Shown here: piece by piece, positions 16,880 through 27,194 of the stretch
Position numbering within the stretch: position 1 is the stretch's first letter
Layout: every line of letters starts with the position of its first letter
Assembly: GCF_000012545.1 (NCBI RefSeq)
Contig: NC_007681.1
Span: forward strand, 1,410,001-1,442,000
Origin: Methanosphaera stadtmanae DSM 3091
GTDB lineage: Archaea > Methanobacteriota > Methanobacteria > Methanobacteriales > Methanobacteriaceae
DNA: 32,000 nt
Direction of reading: 5' to 3'
Made by a program: the position numbers and the translations under genes
The notes under the pieces: generated by a model
The model's input: the letters and a program-made list of their open reading frames with translations, nothing else
The model's database searches: none
What the model was told of the DNA's origin: nothing

Positions 16880-19591
16880 TTAATTCCAACTTCTTATTTG
16901 TTCTTTAACTGATTCAAATGCCTCATCTTTTCTTGAAAGATCTGTCATTTTAGCTCCCTGTGCTAGTGTAGGTTTTCCTCCACCTCTTCCACCAAGGAAT
17001 TTACCAATATCATTTACAACATCACCCATTTTCATACCTTTCTCTAGTATTTTATTGTTAGATGATGCTACTATATTACCATTATTATTAATTAATATAG
17101 CAATATCTGCAACTTCTTCTTTTTCAACAAGATTTATTGCAATCTCTCTTAATTGATTGTTATCAACATCTAATACTTCTGTTATAACATTATATCCATT
17201 TATATTAGCAATTTCATTTTCTAATGAGAATATTTTTACTTGAGCTAATTGTTTTTCAAGAGATTTAATACGTTTTTGTTGTTCTTTCCATTCATTGAAG
17301 AATCTTTTACATGTTCTTGGTAATTGTTCAGCATCTACACCGAAAACATCACTACTATTTCTGATAATATCATCATCATCTTGTATTTTCTTAATTCCAG
17401 AGTCAGATACTGCATATTCCAATCTTTCAACACCATCTTGTACTCTTTCAGTTCTAAGTAATTTAATAACTCCAATATCACCAGTTTTTTCACAATGAGT
17501 ACCTGCACAAGCTTGTACATCAATACCTGGTATTTCAACTACCCTTATGTTTTTACCTGGTACTATACCACCCTGATATAATTTAAAACCATATTTAACT
17601 TCAGCATCTGTACGGTCATACCATTGAATATTTACTGGATGATTTTCCTGTACTCTTTTATTTGCTAATCTTTCAATTTCCTGAACTTCTTCATGAGATA
17701 TACGTTTATAATGTGATAAATCAATTCTTGTTTTATCAAGTCCTTTTTGAGCCCCTGCTTGCCATATATGTTTTCCTAACACTTCTCTAGCAGATGCTAT
17801 TACAAGGTGTGTTGCTGTATGGTTTCTTGTTAATAAATCTCGACGTTTGGAATCTATTTCTCCAGTTATTTCTTCACCAACAATATTATCAAGTTTTGAT
17901 TCATCTTCTTTTGCAACATGATGTAGTACAATACCATCTACTTTCTGTGCATATGTTATATTTAATACCTCACCATTTACTCTTGTTATTGTACCTATAT
18001 CAGATGGTTGTCCTCCACCTTCAGGATAATATATTGTTTGATTGAGTATGATTTTATTTGAATCAACAACTCCCAATACTTTTGCAGTGAATGTTCTTTG
18101 TTTTAAATCATCATAGAATGATAATTTTGTTTTAGGGAAATTTAATTCCATTTCTTCAATTTCTTCTTCCTCTTCTTCTTCATGAGCTGCTGCAATTTGT
18201 GTATAGAAGTTATCAGGTATGTTAGCATCAAATGCATTTTCTTTTGATATTGCTTCTACAGTTTCAGGTGGAATTCCATGTGAATCATAGAAATTAATTA
18301 ACATATCTGTTGGGAAAGATTTTTTGTTTTGTTTTTTAAGTGTTTTAATAGATCTTTTAACTAAGTTTTTTCCTTTAGTTAATGTTGTATGATATCTTTC
18401 CTCTTCCAAATCTGTAATGTTTATTATATGATCCTTATTATCCTTAATTTCAGGATATGTTTTTGATAAGTAATCTACCTGCATTTTCATTATATCAGAT
18501 AATGATTCATTAAGACCTAATTCATTCATATATTTTACAGTACGTCTTAAAACTAATCTTGCAAGATAACCTTCTTTAACATTAGATGGTATAATTCCAT
18601 CTGCTAACATGAAACTTAAACATCTAGTATGATCTGCAACTATGTATATTGCTTCCATAGGTGCAGTTGTCTTTTTGAGCATATCTGGATCTAGAGATAA
18701 TTTATCTGCTACTTTTTTACGTAAAAGTTTTAAATCAGATATATCTTCAATATCCATCATTCCAGCAATACGTGCATTTTCTGATAATATTTCAGTATTT
18801 AATTCTACACCACTTATATCAGTGAGTTTATCTATAACTGAACCAAATGTTGCATCATATGCTGTTGGAGTTCCCTGACTTACCCATGCAATTCTTTCTA
18901 AACCATAACCAGTATCTACTATTTTTAGAGGAATTTCTTTTAATCCATCTTTTGTAGTTGCATATTGAATAAATACTAATGTTGCAAGTTCTACTCCATG
19001 AGCACATATTTCAAAGGATGGTCCTTCATTACCTCCACCTTTCCACCATGATTCAATATAAGTAATTTCTTCAGGATTAATTCCAATACTTACTAAGAAT
19101 TCATGACAGTATCTTAAAGTTTCATTTTTCCAATAGATAGGAGTTTCATCTGTATTAAATGCATGATGTGCACCCATAGTAAAACAGGTCATATGTCTAC
19201 CAGTTCTTCCAACATTATCTACATCATTTAATCTAATAGATGGTTGAGCAACTACTAATGGATTTGCTGGAGGTCTTACCATACCACTTGTTACCCATGG
19301 TTGAAAATCATAGATTGAAGCTCCTACTAGAAATACATCATTTCTCCATCTTTTTGCTAAAACAGGATACCTGTTTATTGGAGTATGACCATGATCTTTA
19401 AAGAAACCTTTAAATTTCTTCTGTATTCCCATTAAATCATATTGTTTATCTGTCACAGGATTTCCAATAAATTCGTATTCATCACATGGAGCATCACCAC
19501 ATGTTGCTCTTTCACGAATAGACCAGAAAGTATTTCCACATTTCTGACAGACTTGTTTTTTATATCCTAATTGTTCAAGTTCATAAGTCAT
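16880..19591 (-). CDS. alaS: Alanine--tRNA ligase
   Basis: 903 aa. Archaeal AlaRS N-terminus with Zn-ribbon-like CQKCGN...CGDAPC. Editing-domain motifs HTATHL and CAGTH. C-terminal DHHA1-like GGRGGGKP. Confidence 0.97.
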   Translation of the reverse strand: MTYELEQLGYKKQVCQKCGNTFWSIRERATCGDAPCDEYEFIGNPVTDKQYDLMGIQKKFKGFFKDHGHTPINRYPVLAKRWRNDVFLVGASIYDFQPWVTSGMVRPPANPLVVAQPSIRLNDVDNVGRTGRHMTCFTMGAHHAFNTDETPIYWKNETLRYCHEFLVSIGINPEEITYIESWWKGGGNEGPSFEICAHGVELATLVFIQYATTKDGLKEIPLKIVDTGYGLERIAWVSQGTPTAYDATFGSVIDKLTDISGVELNTEILSENARIAGMMDIEDISDLKLLRKKVADKLSLDPDMLKKTTAPMEAIYIVADHTRCLSFMLADGIIPSNVKEGYLARLVLRRTVKYMNELGLNESLSDIMKMQVDYLSKTYPEIKDNKDHIINITDLEEERYHTTLTKGKNLVKRSIKTLKKQNKKSFPTDMLINFYDSHGIPPETVEAISKENAFDANIPDNFYTQIAAAHEEEEEEEIEEMELNFPKTKLSFYDDLKQRTFTAKVLGVVDSNKIILNQTIYYPEGGGQPSDIGTITRVNGEVLNITYAQKVDGIVLHHVAKEDESKLDNIVGEEITGEIDSKRRDLLTRNHTATHLVIASAREVLGKHIWQAGAQKGLDKTRIDLSHYKRISHEEVQEIERLANKRVQENHPVNIQWYDRTDAEVKYGFKLYQGGIVPGKNIRVVEIPGIDVQACAGTHCEKTGDIGVIKLLRTERVQDGVERLEYAVSDSGIKKIQDDDDIIRNSSDVFGVDAEQLPRTCKRFFNEWKEQQKRIKSLEKQLAQVKIFSLENEIANINGYNVITEVLDVDNNQLREIAINLVEKEEVADIAILINNNGNIVASSNNKILEKGMKMGDVVNDIGKFLGGRGGGKPTLAQGAKMTDLSRKDEAFESVKEQIRSWN

Positions 19592-19861
19592 ATTCTTTCA
19601 CTATAAAAATTGTTTTAAAAAGTAATTAATATCTTAATTATTATAACTTTCTAGTTTTTTATACTAATTATAGGTTTATTAATAATAATATAAAAACATG
19701 AGTAAATTATGTATTAAAATTAAATATTTTTAAAATATTCATTTTTTTATGAAAAATATTAAAAAAAGTTACATAATTCAAAAACAGGTGTTTCTAAAAT
19801 AGATTATGAAAAGATTTAGATTATAGACAAAAATAGTATTTAAAGTTCAAAAAAAGGATTT

Positions 19862-19893
19862 AAAAAGAAAAAAGTTGGATAATGCACTTATCC
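19862..19893 (-). terminator. Hairpin plus oligo-T ending the rpl11-rpl1-rplP0-rpl12 operon
   Basis: Minus-strand RNA GGAUAA-GUGCA-UUAUCC (19893-19877) overlaps the rpl12 stop. AACUUUUUUCUUUUU follows. Confidence 0.55.
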
Positions 19894-20193
19894 GAAAAGT
19901 GCACCTAATCCAGCTGCTGCTGCTTCTTCAGCTTCTTCTTCTTCCTCTTCTTCTTCCTCTTCTTCTTCAGCTTCTTCTGCTGCAGGTGCTGCTGCTCCAG
20001 CTGCAGGTGCTGCTGCTACTGCTGCGGTTGCAATAGCTTCTTCAATATCTACATCTTCTAAAGATGCGATTAAAGCTTTTACTCTTGCATCGTCTACATC
20101 TACTCCAGCTGCAGATAATACAGCTGTAACGTTTTCTTCGTTAATGTCTTTTTCTGTTGCGTTTAATAATAATGCTGCGTATACGTATTCCAT
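19888..20193 (-). CDS. rpl12: 50S ribosomal stalk protein P1 (archaeal L12)
   Basis: [10 protein letters not shown] start, Ala/Glu-rich hinge and the universal stalk tail GLGALFG. Confidence 0.95.
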   Translation of the reverse strand: MEYVYAALLLNATEKDINEENVTAVLSAAGVDVDDARVKALIASLEDVDIEEAIATAAVAAAPAAGAAAPAAEEAEEEEEEEEEEEEAEEAAAAGLGALFG

Positions 20194-20331
20194 GTTAATA
20201 CACCTTTTAAATTTAATATATATTTTTATTGTATAAATACAATTTTATTAATCTTTTTAAATCTTTTATAAAGTTAATCTTAACTTGCTATTAAGATTAG
20301 AATTTTCCGTTTTTACTAGTAGCCTTCAAAG

Positions 20332-21330
20332 TTATCCGAAGAGAGCTCCAAGACCTGCAGCTGCAGATTCTGCTGCATCTTCTTCCTCTTCTTCTTCCTC
20401 TTCAGGTTCTTCTGTATTATCTTCTACTGCTACAGGAGCTGCTGCTGCTTGTGAATTTAATTTTTCATTAAGTTCATCATCAATAGCTTCGCTAGAGAGT
20501 AATTTAGCAACTGCTAACATTTGAGCATATGCTTTAGATAATATTTTATCAGTTGTTTCAGAAGTTAATATATTAGCATTGATAGCTAAGTTTAAAGCAT
20601 CTCTTGCTGCTTTCTGTATGAGTAATGGAGCAGATTCGCTGTTTAATATACCTGCATAAACTGATAAGTTAATTGCACTTTGATATGCATTTGCAAGTGT
20701 TTGAATAGTTTCTTCTTCATCAATTGCAAGTACATCTGCAGTATATATTGTATCTCCTTCACAAACTGCTAGTAAATCTATTCCCACTTCCATAGGATGA
20801 ATTTCAAGTTTTGTTAATATATCAGCTACTGCTTTAGGAATTTCTTCGCCTTCATCGACAATTTTAGCATCATCGGTTACAACAATTGATCCTTTATCAA
20901 TTTTAGCTGGAATACCTACTTGTTGTAATTCACCAAGAATTGGACCAGGTGGGAAAGATGTATCTCCTGCTGGAACAACAATATCCGCTGGAGCAATACT
21001 TCCAGCTTTTGCTGGAGCTTCCGTTTTACTATCTTCTAAGATTTTAAATAGTTTGAAAGGATTCATTTTAGTGAAGACCATAGCTGGTTGACCTTCGAGG
21101 TAATCTGCTAAACCTTCAACTTCTTCTTTATCAGAGTTTTCTAATGCAATTTTAATGAAATTTTTACGTGACATTTTAAGAATTGCATTATCTCCTAAAG
21201 ATTTTCTCATGGTTTGTAATTGTTTTGCTGGAATATCAGCTAAGTTTACAATACCTATTATTTCATGAGAATTTGTTAAATCTTCAAGTTCAGCTACTTT
21301 TTCTTTTTTCCAATCTGCAACATGATGCAT
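20332..21330 (-). CDS. rplP0: 50S ribosomal stalk protein P0 (archaeal L10)
   Basis: [10 protein letters not shown] start, 332 aa, acidic hinge and GLGALFG tail. The ATG directly abuts the rpl1 stop (TAGATG). Confidence 0.95.
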   Translation of the reverse strand: MHHVADWKKEKVAELEDLTNSHEIIGIVNLADIPAKQLQTMRKSLGDNAILKMSRKNFIKIALENSDKEEVEGLADYLEGQPAMVFTKMNPFKLFKILEDSKTEAPAKAGSIAPADIVVPAGDTSFPPGPILGELQQVGIPAKIDKGSIVVTDDAKIVDEGEEIPKAVADILTKLEIHPMEVGIDLLAVCEGDTIYTADVLAIDEEETIQTLANAYQSAINLSVYAGILNSESAPLLIQKAARDALNLAINANILTSETTDKILSKAYAQMLAVAKLLSSEAIDDELNEKLNSQAAAAPVAVEDNTEEPEEEEEEEEDAAESAAAGLGALFG

Positions 21331-21969
21331 CTAGATCACCCTCGTTACAGGTCCCATTGTTGTTTTTAAATACATTGCTTTGATCTGTTTAGACCCTTTT
21401 TCTAAATTACGATCAAGAACATCCATTATAGCATCTATATTTTCAGCAACTTGTGCTTCAGTCATATCTTCAGATCCTACAATAGATTGTATAATAGGTT
21501 GGTCTTTCACTCTTATTTTAATTGTACTTCTTAATCTTCCTAATATGGTTTCTGGATTTGCACTTGCTGGAATTGGTTTAGGCATTTTTTTCCTTGGACC
21601 AAGTACTGGACCTAAGAATCTACCAACAGTTGGCATTAAATCAGTTTGAGCTACAAAGAAATCATAAGAATTTGCTAATTTTTTAGCTTCAGGTCTGTTT
21701 TTACCTAATTCTTCTAATTTTTCTTTATTAATAACTAAATCTGCACCAGCTTGTTCTGCTTGATAAGCTAATTCACCTTCAGCAATAAATGCAATTTTAA
21801 CATCTTTTCCACGTCCATTAGGGAGAAGCACTTCTTCATCTAAACGGTTTTCTGGTTTGTTTATGTCTAAATCGTTGATGGTTATGACCACATCAATAGA
21901 CTGTGTGAAGTTTCTCGGTTTAGATTCTTCTAAAACCTTCTTCACTGCTTCTTCAATTACTTGTGTCAT
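21331..21969 (-). CDS. rpl1: 50S ribosomal protein L1
   Basis: [15 protein letters not shown] and FIAEGE are typical of L1. 212 aa, upstream of P0 and P1. Confidence 0.95.
   Translation of the reverse strand: MTQVIEEAVKKVLEESKPRNFTQSIDVVITINDLDINKPENRLDEEVLLPNGRGKDVKIAFIAEGELAYQAEQAGADLVINKEKLEELGKNRPEAKKLANSYDFFVAQTDLMPTVGRFLGPVLGPRKKMPKPIPASANPETILGRLRSTIKIRVKDQPIIQSIVGSEDMTEAQVAENIDAIMDVLDRNLEKGSKQIKAMYLKTTMGPVTRVI
21905..21945 (-). promoter_or_regulatory. L1-binding mRNA element (23S rRNA mimic) inside the rpl1 5' coding region
   Basis: mRNA nt 25-65 read GUGAAG-AA-GGUUUUAGA-AGAA-UCUAAACC-GAGAAA-CUUCAC. The outer 6-bp helix, the asymmetric GAGAAA loop and the G-G/C-C closing pairs match the Methanococcus L1 operator fragment GUGAAGGAGGC...GCCGAGAAACUUCAC as I recall it. 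Confidence 0.6.
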
Positions 21970-22134
21970 TCAATTTCCTCCAAAGAACAGGATTTAAAAA
22001 AAATAAATCGAGTTCAACGTGTAAATAAATTATGTACTATGTACATTGTATAAAATTTTTATATTTAAAGTCTAATCATTATGATTAATATTAAATAATT
22101 AATTGTTACTTAAATGAAATAAAACAATGAGTAT

Positions 22135-22617
22135 TTATTGGGTAAATACATCATCATAATCGCCATTATCGATGTCTTTTTGAGTTTCACGTCCATCTTT
22201 ACCTTGAACATTAATACCCATACTTACACATGTACCAATCACTTCTTTTGTTGCGTGTTTGTAATCATTTGCAAGTAAGTCATCAAATTTCATTCTTGCA
22301 ACTTTAAATGCTTGTTCAACTGAGAAATCAGCTGCTACTTCAGTACCAGGTTCGTGAGAACCACTTTCAATACCTAACTCATCAAGAACTAAAGCAGTTG
22401 TAGGTGGTGTACCTATAGAAATTTCAAAATCTTTAGTATCCATGTCTGCAGTTATTTTTACTGGTACTTTCATACCGCCAAAATCAGCAGTTTTTTTGTT
22501 GATTTCTTCAACAACTTGCATCATATTAATACCTAATGGACCTATAGCTGGACCTAAAGGTGGTCCCGGTGTGGCTTTTCCACCTTCCACTAGGATTTCA
22601 ATAGTTTGACTAGCCAC
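22135..22617 (-). CDS. rpl11: 50S ribosomal protein L11
   Basis: [20 protein letters not shown] signature. The GTG start overlaps the nusG stop by 1 nt (TAGTG), with GGAGG 7 nt upstream. Confidence 0.95.
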
Positions 22618-23060
22618 TATTCAGCCTCCTTTTGTATTAATCTGATTTGGTCACCCTTTACTGTGACAGGTATTGGAACTGCTGCTTCAATTAATTCCAA
22701 TACTACATCTTCTTTTGCTTCATCAATCCTAACCACTTTAGCTTTTTCATCTTTAAATGGGCCAGAAGTCAATTCAACAATACTACCTTTTTCAATATTG
22801 ACTATTGATTGATCTGGACTTAAGAATGATTTGAGCTCATCGAAGTCTACGTCACCTTCGACTAAACCTCTCAAATTTGGAACTTTAAGTGCAGGATGCC
22901 TCATATCTAATGTTTTATCAGACTCAACAAAAATATAACCTTTCATAGATTCTGGAGATAAAATCGCAGAAATCCCTGTATCTTCATGTTTAACACTTTG
23001 TGCTAATAAAGATGCTACATTTTTTTCTTGTCCAATAAGTACTCTCATCGCATAAAACAT
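22617..23060 (-). CDS. nusG: Transcription elongation factor Spt5/NusG
   Basis: NGN domain ([14 protein letters not shown]) plus KOW motif ([22 protein letters not shown]). Conserved secE-nusG-rpl11 order. Confidence 0.9.
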
Positions 23061-23183
23061 AATTCCACTTTTTTCTATCGTTGTTAAAAAGATATTTTAT
23101 CTTTTTTTTAATGTATTCCCAAATATTATATAACTAATATTTTGATTAAATTTCTTTTATTATTATTTTGTTTATTAAAACAA

Positions 23184-23369
23184 CTATGAGTAAAACAATA
23201 CTTGTGATACTATTGAAAGTATAAACCCAATAAGACCAATAATTATGATACCCACACCTGTAACTTTTGCTACAGTTAAGTATTCCTCATTATCTGGTTT
23301 TTTTGAAATACGTAATACTCTTTCACATTGCTTTAAAAAACCATGTATTGATTCTTTGTTTATATTCAT
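23184..23369 (-). CDS. secE: Preprotein translocase subunit SecE (Sec61 gamma)
   Basis: 61 aa, with an amphipathic N-terminus (RVLRISKKPDNEEY) followed by a single transmembrane helix. Conserved position upstream of nusG. Confidence 0.85.
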   Translation of the reverse strand: MNINKESIHGFLKQCERVLRISKKPDNEEYLTVAKVTGVGIIIIGLIGFILSIVSQVLFYS

Positions 23370-23626
23370 ATTATTACTACCTGCATTAAAAATTCAAAAT
23401 GAGAAAATTTAAAACCTAAGATAGGGATCATATATAATTTATTCATCTTACTATTAATAAACCTTTGGTTTTATTATAGAAAAACATACATTAAAAAATA
23501 ACTATATTCAATCCATACATCATATAAACAACATATCAACTTGAATTTAATATATACTTTGAAATAAATACTTTAATAGATCTTTAAACCCTAAAAAAGC
23601 TAGAGATAATAATTTTTATTATAATC

Positions 23627-23667
23627 AAAAAAAAAGTTAATGAAATATTTAGATATTAATATCTAAA
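23627..23667 (-). terminator. Perfect 20-bp palindrome plus T9 after ftsZ
   Basis: TTTAGATATTAATATCTAAA (23648-23667) overlaps the ftsZ TAG stop. On the minus strand a T9 run (23635-23627) follows 12 nt later. Confidence 0.5.
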
Positions 23668-24823
23668 ATACATCATCAATAAATCCTTCAAGATCTGCAT
23701 CTGGTGTTGGTGTTTCTTCTCCACGTGGTTTTTCTTTGTAAGAATCATCAGATCCCATTATTGAAGGAGAACTTACACCTGCAACAACAATGGTTGTTCT
23801 AACTGTACTTGCAAGATCTTCTTGTAATTGAGTACCCCAAATAATATTTGCTTCAGGATCAAGTTCATCTGCAACTATTTGTACAATTTTTTCAGCTTCA
23901 TTTAATGTTAAGTCATTACTTCCACTGATGTTAACAATAGCACTTTTTGCATTAGAAATATCTAAATCAAGTAAAGGACTGTTAAGAGCTTCATTTACTG
24001 ATTCAATAGCCCTATCACCAGTATCTGATTCGCCCATACCAATCATAGCCATTCCACTATCACTCATTACACTTTTAACATCAGCAAAGTCTAAACTTAC
24101 TAGTCCTGGTTTTGTAATTAATTCAGTTATACCTTTTACAGCCCTACCTAATAATTCATCTGAAACCATGAATGCTTTGTTAATTGGTAAACTTGGAGCT
24201 ACTTCTAAGAGTTTATCATTAGGAATTACAAGTACGGTATCTGCTGCTTCTTGTAATTTTGCAAGACCTTTTTCAGCATTTTCTCGCCTTCTAATTCCCT
24301 CTGCACTAAATGGCATTGTTACTACAGCTATAGTTAATGCTCCACATTTTTGTGCAATTCTACTTACTACTGGTGCTGAACCTGTACCTGTTCCTCCACC
24401 AAGTCCACAGGTAACAAATACCATGTCTGCTCCATCAATTCTTTCTTTTATTTCTTCTTCACTTTCTTCAGCACTTGCTTCTCCAACATCTGGAATTCCA
24501 CCAGCACCTAATCCACCACAAGTTTCTTCCCCAATTAATATTTTATCATTAGATTTGCAGAAGAATAAGTCTTGTGCATCTGTGTTAATGGATATAGTTT
24601 CTGCACCTTCAATTCCAATTTCACCTAAACGTGAAATAGTGTTGTTTCCAGCTCCACCAGCACCAATAACAAATATTTTTGTTCTACTTTTGTTAATAAT
24701 ATCTACTAAGATACTATTAATATCATCTACATTAGAATTAGAAATATTATTTTTAGAGATAGATCTTTCTGTTGAAGTTTTAGATTTTGAATCTTTTATA
24801 CTATCATTTATTAGAGATTTCAC
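23663..24823 (-). CDS. ftsZ: Cell division GTPase FtsZ
   Basis: GAGGAGNN and the tubulin signature [13 protein letters not shown] start with GAGGGTG 4 nt upstream. There is an N-terminal Ser/Asn/Lys-rich extension of about 45 aa. Confidence 0.97.
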   Translation of the reverse strand: MKSLINDSIKDSKSKTSTERSISKNNISNSNVDDINSILVDIINKSRTKIFVIGAGGAGNNTISRLGEIGIEGAETISINTDAQDLFFCKSNDKILIGEETCGGLGAGGIPDVGEASAEESEEEIKERIDGADMVFVTCGLGGGTGTGSAPVVSRIAQKCGALTIAVVTMPFSAEGIRRRENAEKGLAKLQEAADTVLVIPNDKLLEVAPSLPINKAFMVSDELLGRAVKGITELITKPGLVSLDFADVKSVMSDSGMAMIGMGESDTGDRAIESVNEALNSPLLDLDISNAKSAIVNISGSNDLTLNEAEKIVQIVADELDPEANIIWGTQLQEDLASTVRTTIVVAGVSSPSIMGSDDSYKEKPRGEETPTPDADLEGFIDDVF

Positions 24824-25284
24824 TTAACACCCTCACTATTACATTGTATTTAATAACAGTTTATTAATTATTATATTTATTATTAAATTAATTTAATATC
24901 TTATATTTTATGAATTATTTAAATATTGTTCTATGAAAGAAAGATTTCAAAACTATGTTTATACTTGATAATTATTGGTAATCATTTACTGATTGAAATA
25001 CTTAAATAGATTACTTATCAATAATCAGAACACGTTATTATAACGATTAATAATTGATAATACTAATTTTAAGATACTTTATTATTTGAAATAATATAAT
25101 TTTATATTAATATATTTGTATGTTTTCTTAAATATATAAACTTAGTTTTTTTAGATAGAAATATATTAAAAATAGAAAAAAAGAAGTACTATTTTAATAA
25201 ATATAAAATTCATATTAATTTAAAAATAATTAAATACATAACTAAGTATTATATTTTTAATATAAAAATAATAAAGATGATAAT

Positions 25285-26043
25285 ATGAACGCTTTTAAGT
25301 TTCTAGATGAAATTGGACCAGTAAATACCAATACCATGGTTCTTGATAAGGCATTAGGATACAAAACAGTTGAAGATATGTTAACAATTAGTGGAAACTA
25401 TTTTAATCTATTGAAGTATGGATGGGGAACTTCAATATTATATGATGAAGAAATAATAAAAGATAAAAATGAATTATATCACTCATATAATATTAGAACA
25501 TATACTGGTGGAACTTTATTTGAATTAGCAAATAAACAAAATAAAATAGATGAATATTTTAATGAAATTGACAGATTAGGATTTAATGCTGTGGAAATAT
25601 CTGATGGATCAACTACCATTGACAGTGATAGACGTGCACAGTTAATTAATAAATCAAAAGAATTAGGTTTCTACACTTTGAGTGAAATAGGTAAGAAAAA
25701 TCCACAAAAAGATTCTGAATATACAACACAACAACGTATAGATCTTATAAATACAGATATTGAAGCAGGTTCTGATATGGTTATTATTGAAGGACGTGAA
25801 AGTGGTAAAAATATTGGTATATACGATGATAAAGGTAATGTAAAAAAAGATGATTTAACTTCAATCTATGAAAATACACCTAAAGAAAAAGTATTGTGGG
25901 AAGCTCCACAGAAAAATCAACAAGTAGAATTAATACTTACATTAAGTAATGATGTAAATCTTGGAAACATTAATTCTAATGAAATAGTCTCCCTTGAAAC
26001 ATTACGTCGTGGATTAAGAGGAGACACTCTTGGAAAATTATAA
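25285..26043 (+). CDS. comA: Phosphosulfolactate synthase (coenzyme M biosynthesis)
   Basis: 252 aa. DKALGY...LKYGWGTS and FNAVEISDGS are characteristic of ComA. Confidence 0.88.
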   Translation: MNAFKFLDEIGPVNTNTMVLDKALGYKTVEDMLTISGNYFNLLKYGWGTSILYDEEIIKDKNELYHSYNIRTYTGGTLFELANKQNKIDEYFNEIDRLGFNAVEISDGSTTIDSDRRAQLINKSKELGFYTLSEIGKKNPQKDSEYTTQQRIDLINTDIEAGSDMVIIEGRESGKNIGIYDDKGNVKKDDLTSIYENTPKEKVLWEAPQKNQQVELILTLSNDVNLGNINSNEIVSLETLRRGLRGDTLGKL

Positions 26044-26087
26044 ATTTCCTCTTTTATTTTTTTAATAAAAAAACCATTTTTAGAGAT

Positions 26088-26924
26088 ATGAATATGAAAG
26101 TAGAAGTTATTCCCATTAAAACAGATTATATCAAACCAAATGAAGGATACTATACTCTTATAACCAATATCATAAAATATTGTCAAGATGATGATTATAT
26201 TGTAATTAGTGAAACTCCCATATCAACAGCTGAAGGCAATTTAGTTGATGAATCAAAATACATACCAAGTATCGCTGCATCTATTTTAACAGAGTTATGG
26301 AGTAAATATTTATGGGGATATGTTTTATGTCCATTTTTAGGTTATAAAAAAAGAACAATAACCAATCTTAGAAACATGCCCCATGAGGCAAGATACCATA
26401 AACAGTTCATATTAGAAAAATATGGATTAAAATATGCACTACAACCTACATCTGAAGCTGGTGTTGATTTAAGTAATGTTCCTGAACAATATGTATCTCT
26501 TCTTCCAGAAAATCCACAAAAGAGTGCTGATTATATTAAAGAAATTATACACAAAAAAACAGGGAAAAATGTAAATATAATAATCTGTGATACTGATGCA
26601 ACATATGATTTCTATGGAAAGAAATTTACCACATTACCCCAATCCATAGAGACAATTCATAATAATACTGGTATTTTTGGATATATTCTTGGAAATTTCT
26701 CTAAAAAAATAGGTCCAACACCTCTTGCATCTACTGTTAAGTGTGATGTTGAAATGTTAATAAAACTATGTGCAATTGCTGAAAAATCACAAGTTGAAAA
26801 TACCAATACTTTTTTTGAAACTGTATATAATATGAAAACTACATTTGATACTGATTATAATAAGGTTACCCCTGCGCTTCTAAATACAATTACACATATA
26901 CCTGCAGTGATTATAAGATTTTAA
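26088..26924 (+). CDS. Divergent CofE-like (F420-0:gamma-glutamyl ligase fold, COG1478) protein
   Basis: VEVIPIKTDYIKPNEG, DDDYIVISETPISTAEGN and EAGVDLSNV....SLLPENPQKSADYIKEII.KKTGKNVNIIICDTD are collinear with the CofE blocks. The GRxFRxG block is replaced by ATYDFYG, and a central insertion is present. Confidence 0.55.
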   Translation: MNMKVEVIPIKTDYIKPNEGYYTLITNIIKYCQDDDYIVISETPISTAEGNLVDESKYIPSIAASILTELWSKYLWGYVLCPFLGYKKRTITNLRNMPHEARYHKQFILEKYGLKYALQPTSEAGVDLSNVPEQYVSLLPENPQKSADYIKEIIHKKTGKNVNIIICDTDATYDFYGKKFTTLPQSIETIHNNTGIFGYILGNFSKKIGPTPLASTVKCDVEMLIKLCAIAEKSQVENTNTFFETVYNMKTTFDTDYNKVTPALLNTITHIPAVIIRF

Positions 26925-27194
26925 ATAACTATTTATAATAAGTAAAGACATAATAATATATTAGTTATTTATGATAGATCCATTTAATAAAATTTTAAAT
27001 GTATATCAACTCTATAGTCAAAATTATAATAAAATGTAATTATTATGAAAAAGATTAAAATATAATAAAAAAATTTTACTCAATTAAATTATCTAAAAAG
27101 ATGATTGAAGATTATAGAGATTATTTGAAGTTGTATTAACAAAATTCTAACAATTAAAATATTGTTAGAGACAAATAATAAGAGAGATAATATA

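Noticed and set aside
18150-18185. Glu run (EEEEEEEIEE) inside alaS and the poly-Glu tracts in rpl12 and rplP0
   Set aside because: Acidic hinges are standard in the stalk proteins. The AlaRS run is a short linker-region low-complexity insertion with no further structure.
20285-20524. 79-aa plus-strand ORF rich in Ser/Ala
   Set aside because: It is antisense to the acidic/Ala-rich hinge and tail of rplP0, so it is a shadow ORF.
23928-24827. 299-aa ORF on the plus strand
   Set aside because: It lies entirely antisense to ftsZ, which has unmistakable tubulin/FtsZ motifs. The product is Ser/Pro/Ala/Ile low-complexity sequence. It is a shadow frame of a relatively GC-richer gene.
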